Assembly (NCBI GenBank): GCA_965603825.1
Contig: CBFDEM010000051.1
Coordinates: forward strand, 806,001-870,000
Length of the DNA stretch: 64,000 nt
Source: Blepharisma stoltei ATCC 30299
Taxonomy: Eukaryota > Protista > Ciliophora
Direction: 5' to 3'
Part shown: positions 24,438 to 38,200 of the stretch, one piece after another
Layout of the letters: the number at the start of each line of letters is the position of its first letter
Numbering within the stretch: the stretch's first letter is position 1
The notes under the pieces: generated by a model
Databases searched by the model: none
The model's input: only the letters and a program-made list of their open reading frames with translations
Told to the model about the DNA's origin: nothing
Made by a program: the position numbers and the translations under genes

Positions 24438-26164
24438 TTAAATAAAATTTGATCTTTCCCTATTTCTGTCATTCACAAATTCTCTATCCTGCTCGATCAT
24501 TTCCAGCAATCTTCCAAATCTTGGCCGATAGCGGTAGTCATAAGTTAGCATTTCTCTAATTAAATTTGAGAGCCAAGGGATTTCAATCTGTCTGATTTGT
24601 TCTTCCCTTTTTTGGATGAACAACTCTTTATTCATTCTATGAATTGAAATTACTTCAAGGGTTGACATTTCTAAGATTACAAGACCTAACGAGTAAGCAT
24701 CATTCAGCTCAAGACTATGCTCATGCATTTCTTGATTTTCGGGGCAGTTGAATTTTTCTGGAGATGAGTAATTTAGCGTTCCTTTATTAGAGTGTGGGCC
24801 TATCCCAGCCATCTCACTATTTCTTTCAGAAACCACTGAGATATTGAAATCAATAAGCTTAAATTCATTATCATAGCCTATCATAATATTTTCAGGCTTA
24901 ATGTCTCTATGATATATTTGCTTCTTTTTTAATTCAGAAAGTCCCTTAATGAACGAATATGCGAAATGGGCGAGATCAGCCCTAGAGAACTGCTGTCCAT
25001 TAGCTATTAATTCACTTAGTTCTTTTTTGCATAGTTCCATTACAATAAAATGATTCTCGCCGTCTTCAAAATTGCTAAAATGCTGCAAAAAAAAGGGACC
25101 CTATTTCTGCTAGCATTTGGCCTATTTGAATTTCATTTCTATATTGATTTAGAACATCATTATCACTTCCATTATATTCTTTGACACATATAGGGTTTAG
25201 GTTTAAAAAGTTGTATCCTTCTCATACTGTAATATGCTTGTGTATTTTACTGATTGGAGACCTATCTAATTCAAGATCTGTAACTGATGCAATTATTTTA
25301 AAAAATAGGTGAAAAGTCTGAGGAAGGAATGGAGTTTTTGAAAGGAAGCTCAATATTGGGAAGATTTAATAATCTTAAACTCAAAATATTGCTTGATTCT
25401 ATTGCAAATCCTTTACAAAATCGAATAACTTCTTCTTCTATTTAGGATATAAATCATTAATGGGATATAAGAGTATAGCACTATATCAGAATATTCTCAA
25501 TAAGACTTTTATCACAAGTTACTGCATTTTCCTCTCTTAGCCGTCTACGAGCTTTTGCAATCCATGATTGATCAGAACTATATAAATCGAAGTTTCATGC
25601 TTCTTTTACTGTTTTTATAACAAAATAGCTTTTCATGAGGTCTTCTTCAGTTTTCACAAATTCTTGAATTTCAAGATCTATATACTCGCATCATCGCGTT
25701 TGTCCTGAAATAGGGATTTCAAAGTCAACTTCAATTTTTTTAAAGATATTTAGAGATTCAAAGGTCTTTTCAATGCTTTCATAAGACAAGAAGGTCTCAT
25801 TTATGGAATTAATGATGCTTTTTAGAAAAGGCTCAAAATTCACATCACCTATATTTATTTTGCTGCATAGAGTTTTCATAATTTTGATTGTCTTTAGGTA
25901 TTCAGGTATAAGAGTATATTCAGACTCTAGATTTATAAAATTTATTGATTGGATGAATTTTACGTAGTAAAAGGCTACTGCATAGAGGAATAAATCAGGA
26001 GCTGAAGTTGCGAGATTTTGGACACTTTGCTTGCTTTCTTTTAGGATGTTTAATGGGATTGTCCAAGAGCCAGATTCTAATAATTGACTGATTTCAATAA
26101 GAAGTCTTTCCCGATCTAAGCGATTTAAAAGGCCTAAAATACAGTTTTCAAGGGTTGGTTCCAT
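24438..26164 (-). pseudogene. Kinase B1, frameshifted (pseudogene or assembly error)
   Basis: The N-domain ORF (25691-26164) and kinase ORF (24438-25088) are out of frame. Several frameshifts/stops lie at about 25090-25490 relative to paralog B2. HRDIKPEN and DFNIS are intact. Confidence 0.75.
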
Positions 26165-26270
26165 TTAATTAAAAAGATGTAGAAAACGCATTGATTTTAA
26201 ATTACCCAATGGTAACACAATGCTGTGTCACTTGTTTCCTGAAACTTCTGAAGACATTTATTTTTATTTT

Positions 26271-28034
26271 TTAATTATTTAAGCCTGATACCCAGTCTTT
26301 CTTATACCCTTCTTTGCATTTCATGAATTCTTCATTACTTTTTATAAAGTTTAATAACCACTCAAATCTTGGGCGATTCTTATAATTTTCTTCAAGCATT
26401 TTATCAAGTAGTTCCTTAAACCATGAAGTTTGAGGTCTAGAATTGGCTATATAAATTTTTATACGCTGATTAAAGCTTTCAACATCTTCCCTTTCATTCG
26501 ACAATAGCTCAGATTTAGCCATTTGTAATATGACAAGCCCCAAAGAATAAACATCTGCACGCTCTCGGCTATATTTAACAGACTCCTTATATTGTAAGCC
26601 CCGATAAATTTCAGCTGCTGCATCTGAAGGCGTTCCTTTGCATGGAAGTTCTAATGTATGGCTGTCGCTTGGTTCATCAATATTGTCTGATATATTGAAG
26701 TCTATAAGTTTGAATTCATTAGTCTGACTGATAACAATATTCGCAGGTTTAATGTCTCTATGATAAATTTTATTCTTTTTTTTCAAATCGCTTAAAGCTT
26801 CAATAAATAAGTATGCAAAGTAAGCTAAATCATTATCAGAAAAGTGCACATTGTTAGGTATCAATTTAGAAAGATCGCACTTGCAAAGCTCTATTATAAT
26901 AAAGTGTTGTTGTTTGTAGTCAAAAGTTCCAAAATATTTCAAATAAATAGTTGCTCGTGTGCTGGACAATTTTTCATAGCACTCTTTTTCCTTTTGATAT
27001 TGATTTAAAATGATATCAGAATTTCCTTCTTTGAAGATTTTGATGCAAATATGATTTTCATTAAGCAAGCATTTATACTCAAAAATAGATATACCTTCGT
27101 TTGATCAAAGTTTTAATATAGGGCTTACTATTTCAATTTGGCTGTTATCACCAATTCAATGATCTTCGAAAATCGGGCTAAATTCAGAAGAAAGAAAGAT
27201 ATCTTTTTTAGGAAGGCTAAGATTTTGAATCTCTAGGAGTTCTAAACTCTTAATATTGCTTGAATCCATTTCAAATTTTTCACAAAATCGGGTGATATCA
27301 TCTTCAATTTCAGGATAATACTTATTTGTAAAGGAATTTAATTTGTTGAGTATGCTTTTGACCAAAATTTTATCACAAGTTTCTATACTTTCCTCTTCTA
27401 GCCAGCTGCGGGCCTTTTCGATTCATGATCCTTCAGAATAAAATAAATCAAAACCCCAGCCTTCCTTTATTGTCTTTACAGTAAAATAGCTTTTTATTAA
27501 GTCTTCTTCGCCTCCTACATATTCCTGTATTCCAAGATCAATAAACTCAAATTGCTCTTTTTGTGCTAAAACTTGGGGATCAAATTGTTTTTCAATTTCT
27601 TTTAAAATATTTAGAAATGCAAAGGTCTTTTCGATAGTTTCATAAGAGAATAAAACCTCTTTTATGCTATCAATGATAAGTTTAAGCCAAGGCTCAAAGT
27701 TTACTTCTTTTAAATGATTTTCTCCATTACATAAATTTTTCATAATTCCAATTAATTTGAGGTATTGAGGAATGAGAGTTCACTCATCTGCCAAATTTGT
27801 GACTTCAATTAATTGTATGAATTTGGCGTAATAAAGTGCTGCTGCATTAAAGAATAAACTAGGTGCTGAAGTTGCAAGATCCTGAACATTTGGCTTTATT
27901 TCCTTTAAGATACCTAATGGCATAATCGAACAGCCAGATTTCAATAACTGGCTAATCCCAGGTAGTCTTTCGTCAGCTAAATTCCTCAAATTTATCAAAA
28001 TGTTTGAAATGAAGTTTTCGAGGGTTGCCTCCAT
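26271..28034 (-). CDS. Atypical Ser/Thr kinase B2 (587 aa)
   Basis: Four track ORFs join in frame via TGA; ICIKIF, HRDIKPAN, IDFNIS, DVYSLG. Confidence 0.85.
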
Positions 28035-28890
28035 TTAAAGTCTAGAAGATTTTATTAGTTAAAATTATGCTGGATTTATTTAACTCATGATTATTAGCAA
28101 CTGGAATAATAACAAAATTTACAATTTTTTTATATATTTTGCACTCTAAAAGTAGCACTGAAATATCCTCTGGGGTATTTTTAGCTCTACTCTTAGGTTG
28201 CTTTTATAGCTAGATATGCATATTAATTAATTTTAAAATCAAATATGATTAAGAAGATATAGCTATTAAAATTGCTGATTTTATTTCTTTATAAATACAA
28301 AATTTATAAGATTGAAAGAGATTAATCTCTCTTAAACTACCTCTCTCACTCAAAATTGATTTTATTGCACTAGTTTTATATGTGTACTTCTACTTGAAAT
28401 GGAGCAATGAGAAGTTTTTATAACCTAGAAAAAAATATTAGCTGCAAAAATGGTAACTAGACTGGTTAGAACTACCTGAGTATTTGCAAGACTTAAGGGC
28501 TCTATATATCACTGGAATAAGAAGAGATGCCAGTTATTAGGCCATTTAGAGTAATACTAAGACCGAAAAAACTCTTTGCAGATAAATACTCTCTGCTAAA
28601 TTTAATTAAGTTATAGATTGCAGTTCAAATTAATATCAACTAATACACTTATGTGAGTAAGCTTTAAAATCTGTTAGAATTAAAATATTTTCAAAGTTTA
28701 TTAGAAATAATTCCGTTAAAAGTCTTTAATATAAATTTCATCAAAAATAAATTTTCAAATAATTTTAATTGTCTGTTACTTAAATTTTAATAGAATTTTG
28801 AATAACTCTGAATACTCAGAAACTCCATGGCAACGTATAAATTACAGATTTTTCAATGCGATTTGCAATTAACCATTAATTTTACCCAAT

Positions 28891-29494
28891 ATGAGCAAGC
28901 CTAATACCGTAAGTCAAGCACTTGGTGAGATCGAAAAAGCTTACGCGACTATTTTGTCAAAGCTCCCATTAACCAATGAGGGTACTGAATCCACCCCAAA
29001 GCGAGCTGCCAAAGCTTTAGTTGAGCTAACCCAAGGCTATTTTACAACGCCTTGCGAAAAAATCGGAGAAGGCATTTTCCCACATGACGGTTCAGGAGTT
29101 GTCCACGTTAAAGGACTGGAGATTTGCTCTCTCTGTGAGCATCATCTACTGCCTTTTATAGGAAATTGCTCTATCACGTAAGTTTTATTATAGGTACATC
29201 CCTGATAAAAAGATGCTCGGTCTCAGCAAACTCAAAAGAATCTCTGATATCTTCGCACGGCGTCTTCAGGTCCAGGAAAGACTCACAGAGCAAATTGCTG
29301 ATGCCATTGAAAAAGCGATCCAGCCAAAGGGAGTGCTTGTCGTCATAAGAAGCGTACATTTGTGTATGAAAATGAGAGGAGTTTGTGAAAAGGATCCGGA
29401 AACTTGTACGGTGGTGAGAAAAGGCGAATTCGCGAACAATCAATTACTCACTATGCAATACATGGCTGAAAGCCAGCATACTCCGAAACTTTAA
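28891..29494 (+). CDS. GCH1: GTP cyclohydrolase I, two exons (28891-29177, 29194-29494)
   Basis: TPKRAAK, SLCEHHLLPF, GLSKL, RRLQVQERLT, HLCMKMRGV; removing a 16-nt intron restores CSITYIPDKKMLGLSKL. Confidence 0.95.
29178..29193 (+). other. 16-nt spliceosomal intron GTAAGTTTTATTATAG
   Basis: GT..AG; removal corrects the frame within a conserved GCH1 motif. Confidence 0.9.
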
Positions 29495-30431
29495 AGATAT
29501 TTAAACTTTAGCTCTATTCACAAATTTTGCATATTTTCTTAGACTTGTTGCATAAATATCAGCCACAATCTTTTTAAATTAATCATCACAATGAAAATCA
29601 GATATCAAGATAATAAATTTCTGGGAAAAAAGAGAGATTTATTGAAAGTCTTATGATAGGAATTTTTGCGTATAGAGAAATCTGATATTTTAGAGGATTA
29701 AATAGTGCCATAAGCACATCTAAATATTTTCTTTTTTAAAATTTAGCTTAGCGTCTTAGAAAAAGCAAAGGGCTTGAAAAAATTGTATGGATGAATTATA
29801 AAAATGAAGAGTATTTGAAATCAAGTTTGGGCTGACGTTATAAATAAGCATATTCAAATAAAATCAACGAATTAATATATAAGATTGGAAAGTCCATAAT
29901 TTTAATATAGCTTTGCTATCTAATATTGCTATACATAAACTATTCATTGAGCTCCTGGACCGATTTATAAATATTTAAATGCTTAAGGTGCATATTCTAT
30001 TTAAAAGAAATTGTATTTTTATAAAGAATTATTATACAAGATTGATGTCGATATTTCATTAACAGAACAAAATATATAATTACCAAGATTAATTATTTTA
30101 CCTTTAATTTAAAATAAATTAGTGAACATAATTTAAGTTAATACTAAATCAGAGACAATGACTAGAGGCACTATTAGCTGGAATGCAAATATAAAGTTTA
30201 ACAAGCATGAAGACTTTAATAAATCGAGCTATATGCTACATTAAAATTTATTAAATAATAAAAAAATGACGATCATCTTGAGACTATAAGCTAATATTTT
30301 TTAGCTTTCAAAGAAATTTTCTTATGGTATATTTTATCAATATCAATCAAATTAATGAAAATTCATGAAGAAATCTTCTTGATAAAAATTAATCAGAATA
30401 TAAAATAGCAGAATGAGCAAATTTATCAGCT

Positions 30432-30470
30432 AAAATTTGCTGTAGCAATTTTAAAGCTACAGCAAATTTT
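30432..30470. repeat. Perfect 15-bp inverted repeat with 9-nt spacer
   Basis: aaaatttgctgtagc / gctacagcaaatttt. Confidence 0.8.
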
Positions 30471-30972
30471 CATTTACTTTGAAAAAGTCATTTATAAAAC
30501 TCAAAAAACTCTCCAGCTTTGTTCCTTATATTTATTATGGCTAAATTGCATGATTGCGATCCTATAAATGATACAAGAGATAGATGAATAAATTTAAGTT
30601 TAAATATCAAGAGAAATCATGATAATAATGACTCAGAATTTTCATTAATTATCCGAATATAAAACTCTGCTTATTTATCATCAGAATTTGAATTATTTTC
30701 ATGCGGTTATTAAGTTAATTCGACTCTCACTCATTTATTTCTGTGCAAGATGATATTAAGCTATTAAGTTATTTTCCTTTTCAAACCTATTGCCTTGCGT
30801 CCCTTTCCATATCTAAAATCGCATTTACTGACCATTGCAACTTTTCTTATTAAATTGTTTAATAGCTTATAAAATTCGATTTCCTGCAATCAATCTTTTC
30901 TCATGCTATATAATTTAAATTGAATGGATTTTTACTTGACCGCAATTTTCTCCGATATCTTAATAAAAATAA

Positions 30973-33900
30973 ATGCCAAAATTCAATATTTCTCCCCAAG
31001 AAGACGTTCAATTCCTTGAAAACCGTGAATTAATCACTGTTTACCCTGAACTCAATTCTAAAATCTTGGCATTCTTCGGGAGCTTTTTTAGGGCTAAATA
31101 TGATCAAAAAATATCACTTAAAAAGCAAATTATCATAGAGGCAACAGTTAGCATAATTATAGCAGTTCAGTCGGTCTCGATTATTTGATATGCATTAATG
31201 CCTATCAGCAATTGGGAGAGCTATTCGGTTTTTTGAGAGGTCATGGGCTATACCAATTTGGAGAGTATTTGTGACGCGTTTAATATTTTGGATAAGTGCT
31301 TCTATGCAGTGATAATAAATATTTCATTTTGTGCGCTGTCAGTCTTTTCTGCTGGAATTTTAAATTTTTATGGAAGAAGTCTGCCAGAAAGTGTCATGGC
31401 TATATCAAGGAAAGTATTTTTTATGCTTACTACAGTGCTTTATATTCCGTTTTTGCTAGTCCTGCTTGATACTTTTACAGAATCATCGCATTTAAAGGAA
31501 TCAGCAGGATCTACCAGCGAAAATAGTGGAACAAGTGCAGACTTTGATAGTCTCGGGGTCGCATTGAGTATTTTTTTTATAGTGATTTTTGTGTTTTTAA
31601 ATGTAATTTCCGAGTTTTTTACTGCAGATTTATCCCATATGCATGTAGAAATTAATTTAAAAGCTAGATCACATTCTTCATTAGATTTGCTGATTTGGTT
31701 GTTTTATGCCGCTGAGTGCGTTATTTATTATATTGGGAGCAGAGACTATGCAGTTGGGAGCCAAATTGGAATTTTATCCTTAGCTGTTCTTTTGTGCTGG
31801 ATGCTCTTGGCAGATTTCGCTTATTTTAATTCTACTGCTAGTGCAATACAACTATGCAAGCTGGTATCACTCGTGGTAAGCTTGCTTTCTTTTTTACTAG
31901 CAGCTGCAATTGATGACAGCTTAATAACCGTCCTTGGGTATCTAGTTATTCAGCCTTTTATTTTGATAAACACTTTTCGAAAAGTCAAGAATCAAGGTCC
32001 TTTGAAAAAGACTGAACTCAAAACAATCAATGACTTCGAATTAAGCATAAGGAGCTTAATGATAGACCCAAAACTCGAAAATAAAGAAAGGATCATAGAC
32101 TTGTTTAACCGGTACTTTAAATGCAAATCTTCACAAAGAAATAAGCTGGCCTATATATGGGAGATTAATTATTGCCTTCATGGATTAGATGACGAGAGGC
32201 TGGCAAGGATTAAATTATCTAGGCTCAATAGTGTAGCGCAATCCTTAGAAGGCGCAATTCAAGAGTGAAAAATTAGTGAACAGCTGAAGAAAAATATCCA
32301 AGAAAGTCCTCAGGATATACAGTATATCCAATATGTGCTAGACATAGAAAAGACAAAAAACTATGATATTGATTTGTGTGTCGGACTTGTAAATTTATTG
32401 ACAGAGTTTTCTAGGGAATCCCCAGATGTTAAAAAGCTAATCACTTTTATATCATCTGTCTCTGATCTTGCTGCCAAATCAAAAAGCTCATATGAGAAAA
32501 TAATTGATAAGTATAAAAATATCGAAGCTTTCGACCTTTTTATATCTTTTTTGGAAAATGTCCTCAGAAAGTTTGATGATGCTAATGCGATTAGAAGAAA
32601 AAAGAACTGGCTCACTGAAATCGGCTCAATAATAAAGAATGACAGCGCCATTAAGATTTTTAATAAAAAAGTCGGGATTATCCTGATCTCCGCAAACCCA
32701 GAAACTATGGGCCTTATTACACACATAAACGATAACGCATCTAGGTACCTTAAGATTTCCAAACAAGAAGCAATAGGCAGCGATTTATCAGATTTTGTTC
32801 CTTACCCTTATAAAATTAATCACAGGCAGCATCTTTTACACTTCACATCACGATGCAACGACTCAAACAAAGAAATCACTCCAATGTTTTTCGTGCAAGA
32901 CCACCAAGAATATTTATTTGACTGCAATATTGAGATAAAATACACAGCTCTCCACTACAATTCTTATTTCTTAGTATCCTTGAAGCCTCACCATTATTCT
33001 CGTCAAATAATTTTGGTTTCAGATGAAGGCTTTATTTTGGGCTATTCCATGAAAATCCCAGCTATTTTTGGCTTATCTGACCGCTGGACGCTCAACAGAT
33101 CAACTATTTTTGATTTTGTCGCTGATTACTCAGAGATGAGTCTGAACCATACTTATTATATTTTTTACAAAAACAAAAAACTCGCAGTTGTGAGACAAAA
33201 TTTACACATAAAGTCTGTCACAATTCACATTGTTATGGTCATCAGCGAGCCAAGTCATATTGAAATGCTGGAGCAAGGCTACACTTTGGAGCAAATGTTT
33301 TGGGCCATAAGCAATCAAGGCTCAGAAAAAGAAGTTTCAAGAGAAAACATAATGGAAAGAGTGAAGATTTTGTCAAGTAAGCATGAAACTGACATGGACT
33401 ACTCAATAAGCACAGAAAAGCTCGATGAAACCCAGATCGCTACTACTGAAAAATGGCTAAAAGCTAACAAAAGTGACACAAAATCCAACTTGTCTCCAAG
33501 CCAGTCTTCAACGCAGTCAAAAAGCTCGATCCTCATCACAAATAATTTCGTTTCACAGATAAGAAGGGCTGTTAATGTTTTTCGAGTTGTTTTGCTGATT
33601 GCTGTCTTGGTCATGCTTGGAATAAACTTCGCGATTCTTGGCGTTATTTATAGTAATGTCTCCCATTCGACGTCAATACAGTCTTTTAATGATATGGGGC
33701 AGGCTCTTTATTGTATAGCTTCAATTGCTAATCTAGTGAGGTCAATCGATCTAGAATACAGGACTGGAAAATATAACTTAACAAGGGACACGGGATATTT
33801 GGAAGAGAATATGGTCAGTTTATCTTTATTGCAAAAGAATCTGCTGGATGACTACGATGACTGAAGCTACTGCTCAGCGTCAAAAATCATGACTGATAAC

Positions 33901-35124
33901 GAAATCCCTATATGAAATTTTGCATCTGGGACGCCAATTTTGATTTACTACAATTTATATGATGCTATGCAGGAATTCATAAACTATGTAATTTACATTT
34001 AGGGGCGAGACCTCCTGCTGCTGATTGAGGAAAAAAATGCAAACTATAACCAAGAACTATATTTTTTGGTCCTTAACAGCTTGAGTTTTGGGTACCATAA
34101 AATTGATCACTCGCTTCAAGAGCTTGTTGATTGTGAAAAGAATCGAATTAAGGACTCTGGAGATAACTTAAGAATCATTATTATCTGCGTCATTCTTATT
34201 CTTGGAGGAATAGCTGCATTTCTTATATCTTGCATCGTTCTTATTAGAAGAAAATATGAGATGTTGTGGGCTTATATTAGGATAAACGCTTTTAACTCAT
34301 ATGCGACTCTCAAAGCATCAGCTATTGACAGACTCTCAGCAATCCATGAAATTATACTGGAAGACGAAAGCAGACCGAACTCCAGCAAGCTCAAAGAGAA
34401 GCCTATCAACACAAAGATTTTATTTAGATACAGCGTCAGGGTATTCTCTCTTGCTGCTTTGTCGCTTTCCTTTTATCTATTGACTTTGTTTTATCTGTAT
34501 GTAAACTGTGAAGAAGCAATGCAAAACAGACCTCAATTGTTGTACAATTTTATTGAAAGAAGGACTCTGTTGTCTCAAATCGGACTTTTTGCAAGAGATG
34601 TAAACCGACCACAGATGGTTAGGACTTTCCCAAACTCATACGGACTTGCCAATCCCAACATTCAGCTAAATTATCTAATTGACAGGTTTGCTAAGAGCGC
34701 AACACAAATCAGAAAGCACAAATACACATCTATGCTAAATAACTACCTATGAGATAGATATTTTGAAAGAGTCGCAAATTCAGCGCCTATTCTGGCGTTT
34801 GGTACCAGAGCAGGGCAATATTCAATCATTTTTGACGCATACAACCTGGCTGCCCCAAATTTCACACCGGCTGACCAGATGATGGCTGATTTTCTCGGAA
34901 ATTGCTCTATAGTCCAAGAAGCCATCGGGAAGAATTATAACTTGACTGATCAATCAACAATAGATGTGATCAATGCCCAGCTCTGAAATTTCATTTATGT
35001 CACAATTGCCTATTGTGTGATTCTTGCACTTCTATACTGCTTCTTCTATCTGCCATTCTTGGCAAAGGAAATTAGGCTCCTCTATAAGATAAAGAAAGCA
35101 GCCGCAATTGTTGCTGACAAATAG
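30973..35124 (+). CDS. Large multi-pass membrane protein with PAS domain (TmcB/TmcC-like), one intron
   Basis: Single frame with TGA=Trp. N-terminal TM helices; PAS-like ITHINDNASRYLKISKQEAIGSDLSDFVP; further TM segments; stop TAG 35122-35124. Confidence 0.8.
33988..34002 (+). other. 15-nt intron GTAATTTACATTTAG
   Basis: GT..AG with A at -6; its terminal TAG is the only in-frame TAA/TAG stop I found interrupting the gene. Confidence 0.85.
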
Positions 35125-35217
35125 TAAGTTGTTTATAATTCAGTTCTCATATTATATTTTGAGATCCCTTATTAAATTAACACAAAGTCTAATGAAAATA
35201 GTCTAGCATTTCTAGTT

Positions 35218-38200
35218 TTAATCGCTGAAAAAAGTGTTGATTCTCGCATTGCTCCTTGCATGGGCTCTTTGGCTGCAGGTCCTTGACTCAAGAGCAAGCT
35301 TGCTTCCAATTTTTCCAAAAAATTTTAAATAAAGACTTTCTGGGCTATCAACGTCACTTCTGTAAAAGCCTTCTCTTCTAGCCTTTTTTCCATCACTGAT
35401 TAAAGTAGCCTTTTTCTTTGCTTCAATTTGGTCATCTACTCCCTTTGATTCTATTCCAAATATTTCTTTCGCGTTAAGATTGTAAGAAAATAAGCTAGTT
35501 GCCAGTTCACGAAGTACTTTATAAACTCAAAATACCAGAAAAACAGCATTTGAAAAAATCATAAGGAAGAAAAAAAACCATTTAGAGCCGTCATTAAGAT
35601 CATTTGTCAAAAAATAAAGGCCGCAATATATGGTCACTGCTGAAACAAAGACACCTCTCAGCTCCATCTCATTTAGGTCTGCTAGTTCAAATGGTCTTTT
35701 GATATGCTGAAAATATATAAAAACCAGCAAGATGCTTAGACATGTTAAAGCTTGTATGTTGGGAGAAATCGCATTAAAAATAGCTGAGAGAAAAATAATT
35801 CACATTTTTCTCATCATAACCACGAATTCCCAATAAAATCGTGACTCTTGATATCCATCATAAAGAAAGCCATACTTAATTTTATATTCAATTTGATACA
35901 GCTTTCTTTTATTACGAGTTAAATGTTGGAACACAAACAGTGGGACTCCTATCGACCATATAATAATAGATGGAAGCGCTATACAGAACGCATAAACTGT
36001 GTGGGTTCCATCCCAGCATTTTATGTCTAGATTTTTCATCAAATACTTTTCTTCATAAATGTCCATACAACTGAATGCTGAAAACATATAATTGGTGAGA
36101 GATGGATGAATTAAGAAGAAAAGGATGCACAAAGTGGCTATAAACTCTCTTTTCATCACCCTCAAGCTTTTCTTTACAACTCCAATTGAGAGCCAAAACA
36201 TGAACACAATCAGTCCAAGTATTATTGGGATTAAAGAGCAAATTCAAAGCTTTGTAAAGTAAACCGTCTTGTATGAATCTGGATCATCTTTGCTGATAAG
36301 GAGACAGTCAAAGGAAAAAAATTGAGTTGAAACTTCTCCAGTTTTGCTCTGGTGCTCTACAAAGCTGGACACCATTCCTGGCCATGACAATCGCAATTGA
36401 GCAGCAAGAGAAACAAGCTGAAGGTAATTCACGAAAATTTTTAAATAGATGGACATAACTGAAGTCGGCTCATACGCACTTATTATAGTAGTACGGACTA
36501 AAATAGCCAAGGCCAAGGCTACTCCTAAAATGATAAAACAAATCTTGATAATAGTCCATGAGTTGTCACAAACTGCACAAACGTTGGAACTTGAATAAGA
36601 ATATCCTATTTCGCATGCTTGGCATAAGTTTCCTTTGCACCCTGCAGAGCAGATTCCAGTCGTAGATATATAGCCGATATCAGACAATAGTCCACCTAAG
36701 CAAGCTCCTTTGTTCAAGCATTCATAAATACGAGCAGAATCATTACTTCCACGCCAATAGCCTGAGTTTGGGGCAATGAGGCTGCCTCCATAGCAATGTG
36801 CATGTGCAGGGCAATCAGAGCATTGATCATCAGTGCTTAAACTATATGTACCGTTATTGCATGCGATGCATGAATTGCTCTGCTGGAACTCTCCTTTTAT
36901 GCATGTCCTTAGTGCAACGGAAACATTGCACTCAATATTTTGGCCTGAAAAGGAAATATATGGCGCTGAAATTGTTATATTTATTTCACTACCAGGGACT
37001 GCAATAATCGAAAAATCATCAAAAATGATGATTCCACCATCAGGCGTGGTAGATGTAGTGCCTATCAAATTTGTATTGGAATCTCCCATTATGATGACTT
37101 CTAAATCGTCAGAGCCGTATGCAACAACTTGAGAATAGTGATCAAGCAATCTCAGCTTTATTGGAGACGGAAACTTCTGGCTGCTTCCGACCCCAGAAAA
37201 ACTAGTGAGTTGCCTTTGGCTATCTGAAATGACTAACTCAAACTTATATGGAAAAGAAGCGACATCTGATCCATAAGTTGCATTGCTACTTTGATAAGTA
37301 TTATTACTGATTTCTGGCATAGATCCAGCTCACCTAATAGCACCACCTGAGTGAATTGCAGAATTGTTGGTGAACATATTTTTCTTTATACTAGCCAAGC
37401 AGTTTTTATCGTTATAAGAGCATGAAATAAAGATCCCTCCTCCAGTTATAGCAGAATTCGAGTCAAAATCATTATCAGTTATACTTACCTTAGTATTTGA
37501 GAGCAGCAAATATATTCCTCCTCCGCTTCCTTCATTATCTTCTGAAATTGCTGAGTTATTTTTAAGTAAGCAGTTAGAAATAGTAAATTCTGGGCTTTCA
37601 TAATACTGCGAGTCAATATAGACTGCTCCACCCTTGTTTCTTGATGTGTTATTGATAAAGGAAGACCTTAGGATTTGCCCGTATTTTACGTTCTGCAGTA
37701 GTACTGCTCCTCCATTCTCTAAGCTAGCACCATTATAAAACTCGTCATCTTGAATATTTAGATAGCTTGTTTCAGTAGCAAAAATAGCCCCAGATTTAAA
37801 GTTGCTAAATTTTGAATCATAGACTTGCAGAACTCCCTGCACGTGAATCATATATGAACTGTTTTCAGTGCTCTCAGTTTCCCTTAAGTCTGAAAAATCT
37901 GAATTTTTTATTGTGATATTGCAATAGTCAGTCCCATAAATACCAGAAGAATAAAGGCTCCCTATTGAATAGCTTAATGAGGAGTCTTTCATCACCAAGA
38001 GTCCACCAGAAAGCGCTATTGATCCTCCGCTTTCAGAATAGCCACCACTGAAGCTAGATTTTTCTATATAGATACTGCTGCTGAAACTTCCTATTATGAA
38101 AGCCCCTTGTCCAGAAGACGACTGACCGGCAAAAACCGTGTTTGATACGTTTAATACTGCTGTATTCAGTATTATACCTGGAGAACTATAAGCTGACGCA

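Noticed and set aside
25090-25490. Tiny introns or programmed frameshifts rescuing kinase B1
   Set aside because: I found no suitable 15-16 nt GT..AG segments, and there are multiple independent lesions.
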